The notes beneath the pieces were generated by a model. That model saw only the letters and a program-made list of their open reading frames with translations. It was not told the origin of the DNA and searched no databases. Shown piece after piece: positions 1 to 12,401 of a DNA stretch of 64,000 bases. The DNA is taken from assembly GCF_963921235.1 (NCBI RefSeq), contig NC_086097.1, forward strand, positions 179,740,001 to 179,804,000, read 5' to 3'. The position numbers and the translations under genes were made by a program. The DNA is from Mobula hypostoma (lineage: Eukaryota). The number at the start of each line of letters is the position of its first letter. The first letter of the stretch is position 1.

Positions 1-563
1 GGCAGAATTGAACCCGGGTCACTGGCGCTCTAATTGAGTTATGCTAACCACTACACTACCATGCCATCCCCATTCTCATCTCTATCGTAAATGCATCCCA
101 CCGAACTTTGATGCCATGTACCCTAGATCTCGTCTCACTGCCAATGGAAACAACTTTCCTGTCTATGATTTCTACCCTTTTCATAATTTTATATGTTTCT
201 ATAAGGTTCCTTCTTATTCTTGCTGTTGGCTCATTTCCTGCTATTTAGAATATAGGAAATAGAATGGTACAGTGCTGGACCGGCCATTCAGCCCACAATT
301 TGTGCCATTCTTGTGGCTAATTTATAATAAATGTCCTTCTCTTCTACTTGTTCCATATCCTTCCATTCCTTCATATCTATGTCTGTCTAAAAGTCATTTA
401 ATTACACCAAATTACCTACTTCCATTACTACCCCTGGTAACCCTCTCCAGGCATCTACACTCTCTGTAAAGGAAAAAATTGCCCAACAGCTTTAAACTTC
501 CCCCCTCTAAGTTTAAAGGCACATATAAATACCATGGACACCCAAGTTGATTAAATACTTTAC

Positions 564-666
564 CTGTCTTCAGCATCTTTTCAGCATTTTTTGCCAAGGA
601 GAGGACTCTGTCACTCTCTCTGTTGACCTCAGCTGCTTGTCCAGGCAAATCTTCATCCACCACCGT
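564..666 (-). CDS. LAMA3: LAMA3 exon, coiled coil (TVVDEDLPGQAAEVNRESDRVLSLAKNAEKMLKT), 103 nt
   Basis: Acceptor tatgtttAG, donor G|GTAAAG, phase 0-1; TV..EDLP motif. Confidence 0.92.
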
Positions 667-2178
667 CTAAACATACAATGAACAAGGTCAATATTTCAAC
701 TTTGGGTGAAGTGCTCATCCATTCTGTCATGGCACTGAGCAGCACAGAAACAAGCCAGTCAGACCACTGTGACCATGCTGACCCATGTATCTTGCTGCCT
801 TAGTAAAGCAACCAACATAAACAAAATCCCACCCACCCCAGACATTCACTCTTTTTCCCTCTCCCATGGTCCTTAATATGATAAGCTGGACTCACGGCCT
901 CACAATTCAGCTCACTGTGGCTTTGCACCTTCACGTCCCCCTGCACTGCACGTTCTCTGTAGTTGCTATACTTTATTTTGCATTATGTTACTCTTTTCCC
1001 TTATACTAGTTCAATGTACAGTTGTAATGAAATTATCTGCATGCAGAACGAAGTTTTTCACTGTACCTAGGTAAACAGAATAATAACAAACTTGTTTACA
1101 AATTACCAGCACTTGGTCTGTTACCTTCCTCATCTCATCTTAAATGTTGTGAGATGCTCTGCCTCCAACATGCCATCAGGCAGCAGACTCCAGGTTCCAA
1201 CCCCTCTTTAGGTAGGAACATTCTTCCTCCAATCCTCTCCAAGTCTCCTTTACCCTAAACTTTTGCCCTCTGCAATGGGGGAAAGTTTCCTAAAATCCAC
1301 TTTATCTATGCTGCTCACGACTTTGTACATCTTTCAGGTTTCCTGCGCTCCGGAGGTAATGAACGCTGCCTATTACTGAGATGCTTCAACTAAGGCAACA
1401 TAGAACAGAGAATGGAAGAGCACAGGAACAGGCCCTTCAACCCACAATCTTGTGTTGAGCAAGATGAACTAGTGATGCCTAATTACACTAATCCCTTCTG
1501 CCTCCACATGGTCCATATCCCTCCAGTTCATGTATCAGTCCAACAACCTGTTAAATATCCCTATCGTATCTGACTTCATCAGCACCATTTCAAGCATCCA
1601 CTGCTTTCAATGTGAACAAAAACTTTCCCAGCCCATCTCCACTGAACTTTACCCTTCTCGCTTAATATGCACACCTTTTTATATTAGACATTTTGACCTT
1701 GTGCCAATTATATTGGCTGGCTACTCTATCATTGTCTTTCATAATTTTAGAAACCTCTATCGGGTCTCCCTTCTGCCTCTGAAGCTCCACAGAAAACTAC
1801 CCACGTTTGCACACCCTCTCCCCATCCTGGTGAATCTCCTCTGCACCCTCTCCAGTGCACTCACTGCATTCCCATAGTGTGGCGACCAGAAATGCACACA
1901 GTGTTCCAGCTGTGGCCCAAACAACGTTTTACTAAGTTGTGCCATAACTGCCTGTTCTTAAGTTCTCTGCCCTAACTAAGGAAGGAGAACAAATTTGTAA
2001 GTTCTCCCCTTGACCACGTGTTTTCTTCAGTTACCCCAGTTCCCTCTCACACTCCAAAAAACACATAGGTCTGTAGGCTAATCGGTCACGTGGATGTTAT
2101 TGGGCAGTGTGGGATCTCTGGGCTGGAAGGGCCGGTTACTGTGCTGTATCTCTAAATAAAAATAAATAAAATCCCATA

Positions 2179-2277
2179 TAACACACATCAAACTTGCTGG
2201 TGAACGCAGCAGGCCAAGCAGCATCTGCAGGAAGAGGTGCAGTCGACGTTTCAGGCCGAGACCCTTCATCAGGACTG
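2179..2277 (-). mobile_element. About 99-bp Penelope pLTR-derived insert with a 10-bp TSD
   Basis: Flanked by AAATCCCATA at 2169-2178 and 2278-2287; contains the hammerhead motif. Confidence 0.8.
2241..2276 (-). ncRNA. Minimal type I hammerhead ribozyme motif, sense to the LAMA3 pre-mRNA
   Basis: Minus strand AGTC-CTGATGA-A-GGGTCTCGGCCT-GAAAC-GTC^-GACT. Confidence 0.72.
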
Positions 2278-2942
2278 AAATCCCATACGCCTGCTTCACC
2301 ATCCCAGTTACCTGAGCTGTCACCTTCCTTCCCTTGGTTACCAAACATCCTCCAATCATCAGAACAGAATCAGAAGCAGGAGGCGGCTATTTGGCCCCTC
2401 ATTTCTGCTTTCCCAGTCAATAAGATCATGGCTGATCTTTTACCTTCAATTCCTCCACTAACACCACATCATTTAATTCCATTACAGTCTAACACTATGC
2501 CAATTTCTGGCTGTACTCAGTGTCTGAGAGAATTGCAAAGATTCCCGACCCTCTGGGTGAGGAACTTTCTTCTCCATTCATGGATAAGATCCACCTCTTT
2601 AATTTACTCATGCTAGTGATGAACTCCTGAGGTCCCATTCTACCTTGTTGTGGTCATGCGCTTTACCTGTCAGCCTGCACTTCATGTCCTCTGTAACTGT
2701 AATATTCTGCATTCTGTTTCCCTCTGTACTACCTCGCTGTACCTATGTATTGCATGATCTGTCTGAATGGAACACAGACAGGAGGTTTTTACTGTATCTC
2801 AGTATGTAATCAATTGCAACCCACCCTCCCATGTCTCTGCATCTTCACCAGCCCTTCAGTCATCTCTCCCCCCCCCCCACCCCCAAACATCTCTGCTTGA
2901 CCACAACTCTCTCTGGAAGCTTGCTGTTCTTTGACAAACTTA

Positions 2943-3631
2943 CCCCAGCTCGTGTGCCAGCACTGATTTTACATTTACCCGCAGAGTGTCACCTTGGTCT
3001 CCACGCCCCCAGCTCGTGTGCCAGCACTGATTTTACATTTACCCGCAGAGTGTCACCTTGGTCTCCACGTTCCCAGCTCGTGTGCCAGCACTGATTTTAC
3101 ATTTACCTGCAGAGCGTCACCTTGGTCTCCACGTTCCCAGCTCGTGTGCCAGCACTGATTTTACATTTACCCGCAGAGTGTCACCTTGGTCTCCACGTTC
3201 CCAGCTCGTGTGCCAGCACTGATTTTACATTTACCCGCAGAGTGTCACCTTGGTGTCCATGTCCCCAGCTCGTGTGCCAGCACTGATTTTACATTTACCT
3301 GCAGAGCGTCACCTTGGTCTCCACGTTTCCAGCTCGTGTGCCAGCACTGATTTTACATTTACCCGCAGAGTGTCACCTTGGTCTCCACGTTCCCAGCTCG
3401 TGTGCCAGCACTGATTTTACATTTACCTGCAGAGCGTCACCTTGGTCTCCACATTCCCAGCTCGTGTGCCAGCACTGATTTTACATTTACCCGCAGAGTG
3501 TCACCTTGGTCTCCACGTTCCCAGCTCATGTGCCAGCACTGATTTTACATTTACCCGCAGAGTGTCACCTTGGTGTCCATGTCCCCAGCTCGTGTGCCAG
3601 CACTGATTTTACATTTACCTGCAGAGCGTCA
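2943..3631. repeat. 64-bp minisatellite, about 10.7 copies, overlapping the exon 3' end and donor at 3619
   Basis: The AGCTC(G/A)TGTG core recurs at 2947, 3011, 3075 ... 3587 with an exact 64-nt period. Confidence 0.97.
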
Positions 3632-3760
3632 TCTGCTGCTCCCTCTGCCCTCTTTGCCGCTGCTTCTGCCTTATTCACTGCGTTGATTATATCCTCATAG
3701 GCATTCGAAACATTGATAACTCGCTGCAGTAAGGAGTCCTGGTTTACTTCCTCTGTGGCT
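3619..3760 (-). CDS. LAMA3: LAMA3 exon, coiled coil (ATEEVNQDSLLQRV...AYEDIINAV...AADDALQ), 142 nt
   Basis: Acceptor tgtgtaccAG, donor CAG|GTAAAT, phase 2-0; AYE.I.NA motif. Confidence 0.93.
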
Positions 3761-4652
3761 CTGGTACACAGAACATAGAATGTAAAACAGTTCAACACAG
3801 GAACAGGCCCTTCAGCACACAATGTTGTGCCAGACCAATCAAATAACTAACTAAACTAATCTTTTCTGCCTACACAATGTCTATATCCTTCCATTTTCCT
3901 CACAGCAATAAGCCTATACTAAACAATCCTTAAAAGTCTCCAGTGTTTCTGCCTCTTCCACACCCGTATAGATTAAATGGACTGAAGGGGCTGTGTCTCT
4001 GTTGCAATGCTCTATGACTCAGTTACCAAATTACTAAAATCTCTCACCTCAACTTTAATCTCATTGTATCCCATAATGGACAGTCAACTCTTTCTTAAGA
4101 ATTTATTGACTGAAAAGTTAAAATTCTTAGCAGGCTCAACAGTGTGGAGTGAAAGAGGATGTTTCTGCAGCTGATTAGTCTACAATCAAGGCTCACAGTC
4201 TCAGAATAAGGGCTTATTCTTTCAGGACTTAACTAGAGAGAAATTTCTCCACCCCAAGGGTGGTAAACCTCGACACAAGAAGAAATGGAGACTCAAATCA
4301 TATCCAGGATGAAGATAGTTAGAACAGGCGAGTGTCCATGAGGGAAAATCAACTGTAATTGAATGTCTTATTCCAATTTCTCACAAAATGCTGGAGGAAC
4401 TCAACAGGTCAGTCAGCATCTATGAGGAATAAGTAGTCAATCATTTGGGCTGAGACTCTTTGTCAGTCCTGATGAAAGACCTTGGCTTGAAACATTGACT
4501 GTTCATTTCTCTCCATAGATGCCGTCTGACCTGCCAAATTCTGATTGTTTGTTTCTCCAGACCAAGCAGGCGTTTGATTAGGCCACACGGCCTTGTGAAC
4601 CATTCACTGACTCATGACTCCACTTTCTTGCTTCTTTCCCCTCCCCTCTCAC

Positions 4653-4807
4653 CTCTGGAGTTGCTTCGAGAGCTGATCCAATTTACTTGCGTGCCCTTCT
4701 GCTTGGATCACTTTAGGCTCCTTGCTGGTTGCTTCCGTGAGATATTTAATCTTTTCATTAAGCAATGTTAAGGCACCATCTAACTCAGCTCCTTGTCTTT
4801 CATAGTC
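4653..4807 (-). CDS. LAMA3: LAMA3 exon, coiled coil (DYERQGAELDGA...AEGHASKLDQLSKQLQ), 155 nt
   Basis: Acceptor ttcaccAG, donor AG|GTGAG, phase 0-2; preceded by an 87-nt intron; AE.HA..L..L motif. Confidence 0.92.
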
Positions 4808-4894
4808 CTGGTGAATTTAAGCAGGGCAAAATTAAGAGGCAAATATTCTTTTTGATAGCCTCTAGAAAATGTTCTTGTGAAGAACGCTTCTTAC

Positions 4895-5011
4895 CTCCTG
4901 GCTAGCATCCAGCATACGAAGCATGCTTTTCAGTTTGCCGAGAGTGTTATCAGCCATTTTAATCAAATTTGAGGTTTCCAGCTTTTTATTTTCCAATTCA
5001 TCATGTCTTTC
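4895..5011 (-). CDS. LAMA3: LAMA3 exon, coiled coil (ERHDELENKK...LDASQE), 117 nt
   Basis: Acceptor tttctcccacAG, donor GAG|GTAAGA, phase 0-0. Confidence 0.9.
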
Positions 5012-5896
5012 CTGTGGGAGAAATCTGAAATGTGAATCTTCATCTCCAATTTCAACTTGTTGTGACTCTTGCATCTATATGTCTGCCTATATTTAATTTT
5101 TTTAATATGTCATTGTAACACAATAAAGTTCAAAGTAAATTTATCATCGAAGTACACTATCCTCTACACTTTTTTTCTTTTGTACAGTACCACCTTAATG
5201 CACCTATGCACTGCATGATTTATCCTGCAGCACACAAACAAACTCTTTTCACTAAATCTTGGTCTATGTAACAATAATGAATCAATTATCAGTTATACTT
5301 CCAACATTTTCCAAGGATCAGAATCAGGTTGTGAAATTTGTTGTCGGAGCAGCAACAGAATTCAATACATAAAAATTACTACAGGTTAGAAGAAGAATAT
5401 ATACAAATAAATAAATAGTGCAAAGAGAGAGCAAACTGGTGAGGTAGTGTTCAGAGACCACTCAGAAATTTGATGGTGGAGAGGAGGAAGTTGTTCCTAA
5501 AATGTTGAATGTGCATCTTCAGGCTCCTGTCCCTCCTCCCTGATGGTAGCAATGAGAAGACATGTCCAGGATGGTGATGCTTCCAGGATTTGAGGGACTG
5601 GGTTATGGAGAAAGGTTGAGCAGGTTGAGATATTTTTCATTGGCACATAGGAGAGCGAGAGGTGATCTTCTAGAGGTGTATAAAATGAGTGGGCGGAGGT
5701 GGGGGCATAGATAGAATGAATGCACTCAGTCTTTTATACAGGGTTGAGGAATCAAAAACTAGAGGGCATAGGTTTACAATGAGAAGGATGTTACAACTTG
5801 ATGGTCAACTTTTTAATACAAAGGCTGGCATGTAAGTGGAATCAGCTGCCAGAGGAGGAGGTTGAGGCAGGTACAATAACAACTTTGAAAAGAATT

Positions 5897-6082
5897 ACAA
5901 ACACAAGGAAATCTGCAGATGCTGGAAATTCAAGCAACACACACAAAATGCTGGTGGAACGCAGCAGGCCAGGCAGCATCTATAGGAAGAAGTACAGTCT
6001 CGACCCGAAACGTCGACTGTACTTCTTCCTATAGATGCTGCCTGGCCTGCTGCATTCCACCAGCATTTTGTGTGTGTTGCTT
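5897..6082. mobile_element. Fold-back Penelope pLTR-derived insert (68-bp arms, 1 mismatch, 15-nt loop) inside a CR1 3' fragment
   Basis: Arms 5932-5999 and 6015-6082 are reverse complements. Confidence 0.85.
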
Positions 6083-8010
6083 TAAAATAGTTGCACAGGT
6101 ACCTGAATTGCAAAGGTTTAGAAGGTTATGGGCCAAATGCGAGCTTGGAAGGGGGAAGATAGCTGATATAAAAAGGTGAGGGAGAGGATTGGAACAAGAG
6201 TTGGCACGTGATACGTGGATCAAGCTGAGTGCGGGGGAAAGGCAGATGAGGAGTGGGAACAAGAGGTGGAAATGACCAAGGGTGGAAGAAGAATGATAGG
6301 AGAGGACAGTGGAGCATGGAATAGAGGGAAGGAGCTGAGGAGGGGGACTGGTGGGAGGAGTGTGTGGGTGATGGGCAGTTGGAGATAGAGATAGATAGCG
6401 TGAGAAAAACAGATGAATAGCTGACTGCTAGTACCAGTTCCGTACCAAGAGATGTTGCTGAAGTGTTTGGAATAGGCCGCCTTGCTTTAGCCAAAATCAG
6501 ATCTTTTCAGTGTTTCCAGTGAATGTGGATCAGTGTTACACGTAGATAGATATCACTCAGACCGAAACAGTCTCCTGAGAATTTCCACACATACAGTGCT
6601 AACTCCATATACCACAACCCCTTACTCCACATTCTTTAATAACTTGCAAAATGTATAATCAATATATTTCATTCCTCATTCACAAATGTTGCTGTTGTAC
6701 CTGCTTCAACCACTTTGGCAGCTTGTTTCATATACTGACCACTCTGTGTGTGGAGAAGTTGCCCCTCGGGTCCCCTTTTAAATCTCTCCCTCTCACCTTA
6801 AACCTATGCTTTTTAGCTTTTCCCCTGGGAAAAAGGCTGCATGCATTCACCATTGAGTGTTTAAAAGACACTTGGACGGGTACGTGGAGAGGAAAGGTTT
6901 CGAGGGAACTGTCAAATACAGGCAAATGGGACTAGCTTACAGGGGCATCTTGTCCAGCATGGATGAATTGGGCTGAAACCCTTTACTTTTCATACCAAAG
7001 TCTTAATTGGACCATTTAATAAAAAAAAACTACAGATGGTGGAAATCTAAAATAAAATCACAATCCTCCCCCACCATCCAGGCCACCTACAAGAGGCAGT
7101 GCCCCAAGAAGGCAGCAACCACCATTAAGGATCCTTACCATCTAGAACACATCTAGATGGTGACCTTTTAATCAGTTGTGAGGGGTAATTCCTGTACTAT
7201 AGCAAATAGTAAGGAAATAAGGAATGTGGATGAGTGGGGGATCTAGGGTTCCTAGGGTATAGCTCTTTGAAGGTGGCAATCCAAGATAGGAGGGTGGTGA
7301 AGATGGTGTACAGGTATAAGATGGGGCATAGAATGTGAAAGTTGGGATATTATGTTACACTGTTTAGACTACATTTGGCGTATTGTCAAAGTTCTGGTCA
7401 TTACACTATAGGAAGGGTGTGATCACACTGGAAAGGGAGCAGAGGAGATTCAGTAGGATGTTGCCTGACTTGGAGGATATTAGCCATGGGGAGACTGTGA
7501 ATAGATAGGGCTTGTTTTCCCTGGATTGACTGAGACTGGGGGATGACCCGATCGAGGTTTATAAGATTAGGAGAGATATAGAAGAGTTAAAGAGTCGAAG
7601 TCTTTTTCTCTTACTATGGGTATCAAAAACAAGCAGGCAGAGGTTTAAGGTGAAGGGGAGAGATTTAAAGGAGATCTGAGGGACGTTTGTTTTACACAGA
7701 GAGTAGTTGATATTTGGAACACACTGCCAGAGGAGACGGTGGAATCAGCCAGAGTAGCTATGTTTAAGGGACACTTAGGCACTCGGATAGGCAAGGCATA
7801 GAAGGACATGGTCCTAATGGGGGCAAATGGGTTAGGTGCCCATGGGAAGAAGGACAGTATGGACATGGTGGCTGAAGGGCCTGTTTCTGTGCTGTATGAC
7901 TCCATGACTCTGTGCTTTTCTGTTTTTATTTCTTAATCATGTACAATTGATCAGGAAGTAACCTTAGAGAAAAAAAATAGTTAAATTATTTTCATACAAC
8001 CAATTGTCAC

Positions 8011-8207
8011 CTTAATAGCTTCTAATGCGATGGAATTGATTTTGTTAATATCTTCAGCTTTTTTGGTTAAGTTTGCTGCTTCATTCATTGACTCTTGAAG
8101 ATCCATTAGTTTGGCCAGATATGAACTTAATGCATCCTTTATATCAGTGGCAAGCAATTTGTTCTTGTCGATATTTTTTAACAGGGTATTCTTAATACGA
8201 TCAAGCA
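8011..8207 (-). CDS. LAMA3: LAMA3 exon, coiled coil (LDRIKNTLLK...AKLMDLQESMNEAA...LEAIK), 197 nt
   Basis: Acceptor atctcacAG, donor AAG|GTGAC, phase 1-0. Confidence 0.92.
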
Positions 8208-8734
8208 CTGTGAGATTATAAACAAAGAACTTTGGTTACAAGGCAACAGATAACACAAAAGTAAAACAAAGCAGTTCAAGCAGACACTATCCAGCTCACA
8301 GGGTAGAGAGTATTACATACTGTATTCATAATACAGCAACATTCACAAAATGTCATCCTGAAGAACTTCCTTATTGATTGGTTTGCCTGCATTTATTGTC
8401 CATTCTTATCTGGATCATGGGCCACCTGGTATGACAGGCCAGAGTATGTAATAACAACCATTGCCCATTCTCGGTAAACCCTTTCGAATCCCCAGCTGCT
8501 GTGGTGGGACTTGAACACATCACTGGGTCCGCACACCCAACCTCTGTATGCGAGATCAGTAATTCAACTAACCACACGAGAAAGCAGGAGCAGGAGTAGG
8601 CCACTTCGCCCCTCAAGCCTGTCCTACCATTTCATGTCATCATGGCCGTGCCACTTCTGTGGCAGACCCACGCACCTCTCAGTTAGTCAATTATTTATCT
8701 AGCTCCACTTCAGTACCTCTAATGGTCTGAAACT

Positions 8735-9249
8735 CACTCGCCCTCATATTAATAGTGGCTCCTTGATGCCCGGAAATTATATACAATATCCCGGAAATAA
8801 ATTTTTTTGAGAGCGAGTGAGCGAGAGAGAGAGAGAGAGAGAGAGCAAGAGAGAGCGCGAGAGAGCAAGCACGAGAGCGACCACGAGAGAGACAGCAAGA
8901 GAGCGAGTGCCCGCGCAAGAGAGAGAGTGCACGCTATGGCAGAGTGTTCCAAAAAATAAAACGTACATCACCCCAGACGTACCCCTGCCTAATAGGGGTC
9001 AAAAATAATGACAGTGTTGCTCACTGTACTGTTTGCAACAGTGACTTTTCTATTGCCCATGGTGGGTTAAGACTGTAAAAGACATGTTGAGGCGAGTTTA
9101 ACAGGTGTCATTTGTTCATTAGCATAGCTAATGTTATTTAAACTAGCTGGCTAGCTGCTAAGGAGCTACTCTATTGCAGACATCCCACCTCTCCCGCAAA
9201 TTGATGATGCTACCTCCCTGAAATGAGTTTTTGCAGGGTGGGATGTCTG
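8735..9249 (+). mobile_element. hAT-like DNA transposon remnant with a BED-type zinc-finger fragment and a (GA)-rich tract
   Basis: YPCLIGVKNNDSVAHCTVCNSDFSIAHGG...CKRHVE; 13-bp inverted repeat CAGACATCCCACC (9177-9189) / GGTGGGATGTCTG (9237-9249); left end not found. Confidence 0.65.
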
Positions 9250-9479
9250 AGAATGATATGTCCTGATGTGGGAAAATGGGAATAGTGTAGATGGATAAAG
9301 AGGGCAGCATGGATATGTTGGGCTGAAGGACCTGCTTCTATGTTGTACAACATTATGACCTTCGGCTCTTTGAGTGAGCTCAACATTGAACTCAACTGGG
9401 CCTTCAGCCAATCAGCAACTCTGAAGAAAGGTGATCAGAAACACTTTGGTTGATGCACAGGAGGAGTTGCAGTTCTTAC

Positions 9480-9626
9480 ATCTCTCCGACTCGGTCTTCT
9501 CTCTTTCAGCCACTTCCTTCTCTTTATCAAAGTTGAGGTTTCTCATCTCATTGAGCATTCGTTCAACCTCAGCCAATTTCTGCGCACTGGTCCCTGAGTC
9601 AATGGTGTTCAGCTTCTTAATGAGAC
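9480..9626 (-). CDS. LAMA3: LAMA3 exon, coiled coil (LIKKLNTIDSG...AEVERMLNEMRNLNF...ESER), 147 nt
   Basis: Acceptor ttttccatttcAG, donor T|GTAAGA, phase 1-1. Confidence 0.92.
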
Positions 9627-10714
9627 CTGAAATGGAAAAGAAACAGTGGAGGAGGATTCCTTTCTCATTCAGTTTTTGAAAACATTTCATTCTAATGCGG
9701 TGTGAAAATAACCAGTTCCTGCAACTCGTGCCAAACCCCAATTATACTACTACTCTGGCATTTGGCAACTCGTGCCAAGCCCTGATTATAGTGCTGCTCT
9801 GGCACTTGGCAGCCCTGAGCACTGGAACATTGGAACTGGTATTGGTCTAAGTAGGTCCAAGCTCCACTCCAGAAACTCCAGCACAACACTTGGCACTAAG
9901 GGAACCCTGCACTGCCAGAGGTGCCAACTTCCAGATCAAACAGATGTCCCTACTACCATCACATGGTACTTTTTTGAAGTAGGATAGGTTTGGGGAAAGG
10001 TCCTCCTTAGATCCTGAGCCAATTATATATATCCCTATTTCCTTGACATAGAAAGAAACCACCTGGCCCATCAAGTCAATGCCAGCTCACAGAGGAATTC
10101 CATTCCCCTACTAATATCCCCTGTAATTTACCCTTTCTACATTTCCATCAGATTCCCCAGATTTTTGCCTCAGTTACACACTAGGGCAACATATATCAGC
10201 CAGGTATCCCACCAGTCTTGTCTCTTTGGGATGTGGAAGGAGCACCAAGTAGTCATTACTAATAAGAGATTATCTGGCCATTATTGGAATCTTGCTGTGT
10301 ACTAATTGGCCCTATAGTGATGCAGCTAGTGGAGCTGCCAGCTCACAGCTCCAGAGACCTGGGTTCAATCCCAATTTCTGGTGCTGTCTGTGTGGAGTTT
10401 GCACGTTCTCCCTGTCAATGTGGATTTCCTTTGAGGGCTCCCATTTCTTCCCATGTCCTAAAGACGTGGGTTGGTGGATTACTTGGCCACTGTGAATTGT
10501 GTCCAGTACGTGGCTGAGTTGGACCGTGTTTCCATGAGTCTGATCGGCTGTTGCTTTCCCTAATGTACTTCACAAGAACCTCATTGAATGTGAAACTCTT
10601 CAAGACATCAGGGGAGCTGAAATTTAACAGCAATATAAAAGTCTCCTCTCCCCTCATATCCCAGATCCACAGAGGGTTACCCTGACCTTCCTCCTTCCTC
10701 AGGAATCAGCTTAC

Positions 10715-10826
10715 CTGAGATGGCAGACACCACATTTTCGATGTTGGTCAGCATCTCTCGCGCCTCTCGTGTGGTCTCATCGATCGACGTGAGCAGCTGC
10801 TGGGTGCTGCGGGAATTCTTTTCTGC
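10715..10826 (-). CDS. LAMA3: LAMA3 exon, coiled coil (AEKNSRSTQQLLTSIDETTREAREMLTNIENVVSAIS), 112 nt
   Basis: Acceptor ttatctccAG, donor G|GTAAGC, phase 0-1. Confidence 0.9.
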
Positions 10827-12189
10827 CTGGAGATAACACATTGTTGGGTCTTAGAACATGTGGCTGGAAACTGGAGCAACACAAAACACTGGAGGAACTC
10901 AGTGGGCCAGGCAGCATTTGTGGGAGGGGGGAATGGACAATCAACGCTTTGGGTCGAGACTCTTCATCTGGACTGAGAGATAGTGGGGAGATAGCCAGTG
11001 TAAAGAGGTGAGGAGGAAGGGTGGGACAAGAGCTGGCAGGTGATGGGTGGATCCACCTGAGGATATGTGATAGGCAGATGGAGGAGGGGAGATTAGGAAT
11101 AGCAACAGACCACCATTTACAGTCCTTTGCCAACTCCACCAATCACCTCCTGTAGATGGTGGAATCTGACAGGAGAGGAAGGTGGAGCATGGAACCAAAT
11201 AAAGGATGTTTGGAAGGCAGATGGAAACAGTGGGGGAAGGGACCCATTGGGAGGGGTGTGCAAGTGATTGGCAGATGGAGAGGGGAAAGAAATGGGGTGA
11301 TAGAGTCTGGGTGGATTAGGAGAGTGAAAATACTTATTATTTATTTTGGCGATTCAGCGTAGAGGAGGTCCTTCTGACCCTTTGAGCCATGCTGCCCTAG
11401 CAACTCCTGACAAACCCCATCAAGCCTAACCTAATCACAGGACAATTTACAATGACTAACTAACCTACCCGCTACATCTTCGGACCGTGGGACGCGGAGA
11501 AAACCCACACAGTCCACGGGGAGGTCATACAGAGGCTCGTTACGTAACGGCGCCAGGATTGAACTCTGAAATCTGGGAAGCCCCGAGCTGTAATAGCATT
11601 GTGCCAACTGCTACAGCAGAGATGGGACAGTCACTGCAAGCTGGAAACAGTGCTGGGTTTGCCACAGAGAAAATGAACTATGGGCCGGTGGTCCCACCTA
11701 GATCCAAGCACAACCCTTAACAGACAGTCCAGGTTGTGGTAGCCCCCCAGGCCAGGCACCGTGATTGTGCACAGGAGAAAATCCCTCTTTCCTAAAGTTT
11801 TTCCAAGTCCTTTCTGGAAGCTCCTGAATAACCTGCTTCTACTGCTCGCTCAGACGGTGCATCACCAGTTCTACCTGCTGGGTAATTTCCTCTCCTGTGT
11901 TCCCACAGATTTCTTCAAACCTGTGCCCTCCATGACCTATGGCTTGTTCAAACCTTCCCAACTTCGAGATCCTATCCAAACTGCTCTGGCAAGAATTTCT
12001 CTAGAACTTTACACTTCAATAAAGCTTTTCTCTTTGGAGCAATGGAGGATAAGAGGTGACTTGATAGAGATGTACAAGATGATAAGAGGTATTGATAGAA
12101 TGGACAGCCAGAGATATTTTCCCTGGGCAGTAATAGTTAATAATGAGAGGGCACGGTTTTAAGGTGATTGAAGTAAAGTATATGGGGGA

Positions 12190-12401
12190 CATGAGGAATT
12201 CTACAGATGCTGGAAATTCAAGCAACACACATCAAAGTTGCTGGTGAACGCAGCAGGCCAGGCAGCATCTCTAGGAAGAGGTACAGTTGACGTTTCAGGC
12301 TGAGACCCTTCGTCAGGATTCGGCCTGAAATGTCGACTGTACCTCTTCCTAGAGATGCTGCCTGGCCTGCTGCGTTCACCAGCAACTTTGATGTGTGTTG
12401 C
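12190..12401. mobile_element. Fold-back Penelope pLTR-derived insert (79-bp arms, 2 mismatches) with an imperfect 14-bp TSD and a minus-strand hammerhead core
   Basis: Arms 12222-12300 and 12323-12401; flanks AAGTATATGGGGGA / AGGTATATGGAGGA. Confidence 0.85.

Noticed and set aside
2194..2616. Recurrent small ORFs containing NAAGQAAS (also at 5895, 5919, 12218, 40194)
   Set aside because: Chance translations of the non-coding Penelope pLTR repeat
2943..3631. 64-bp period resembling a CRISPR repeat plus spacer
   Set aside because: The whole 64 bp is repeated with only point variants, so it is a minisatellite
5897..6082. MITE or pre-miRNA gene call for the hairpins
   Set aside because: The arms are not terminal (one-sided extension), related copies have long TSDs, and the sequence matches Penelope pLTR ends; there is no expression evidence for a miRNA
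11761..12162. 133-aa plus-strand ORF as an antisense gene or missing LAMA3 exon
   Set aside because: Its 3' half is CR1-derived, and the LAMA3 frame is already complete via exon 10715-10826
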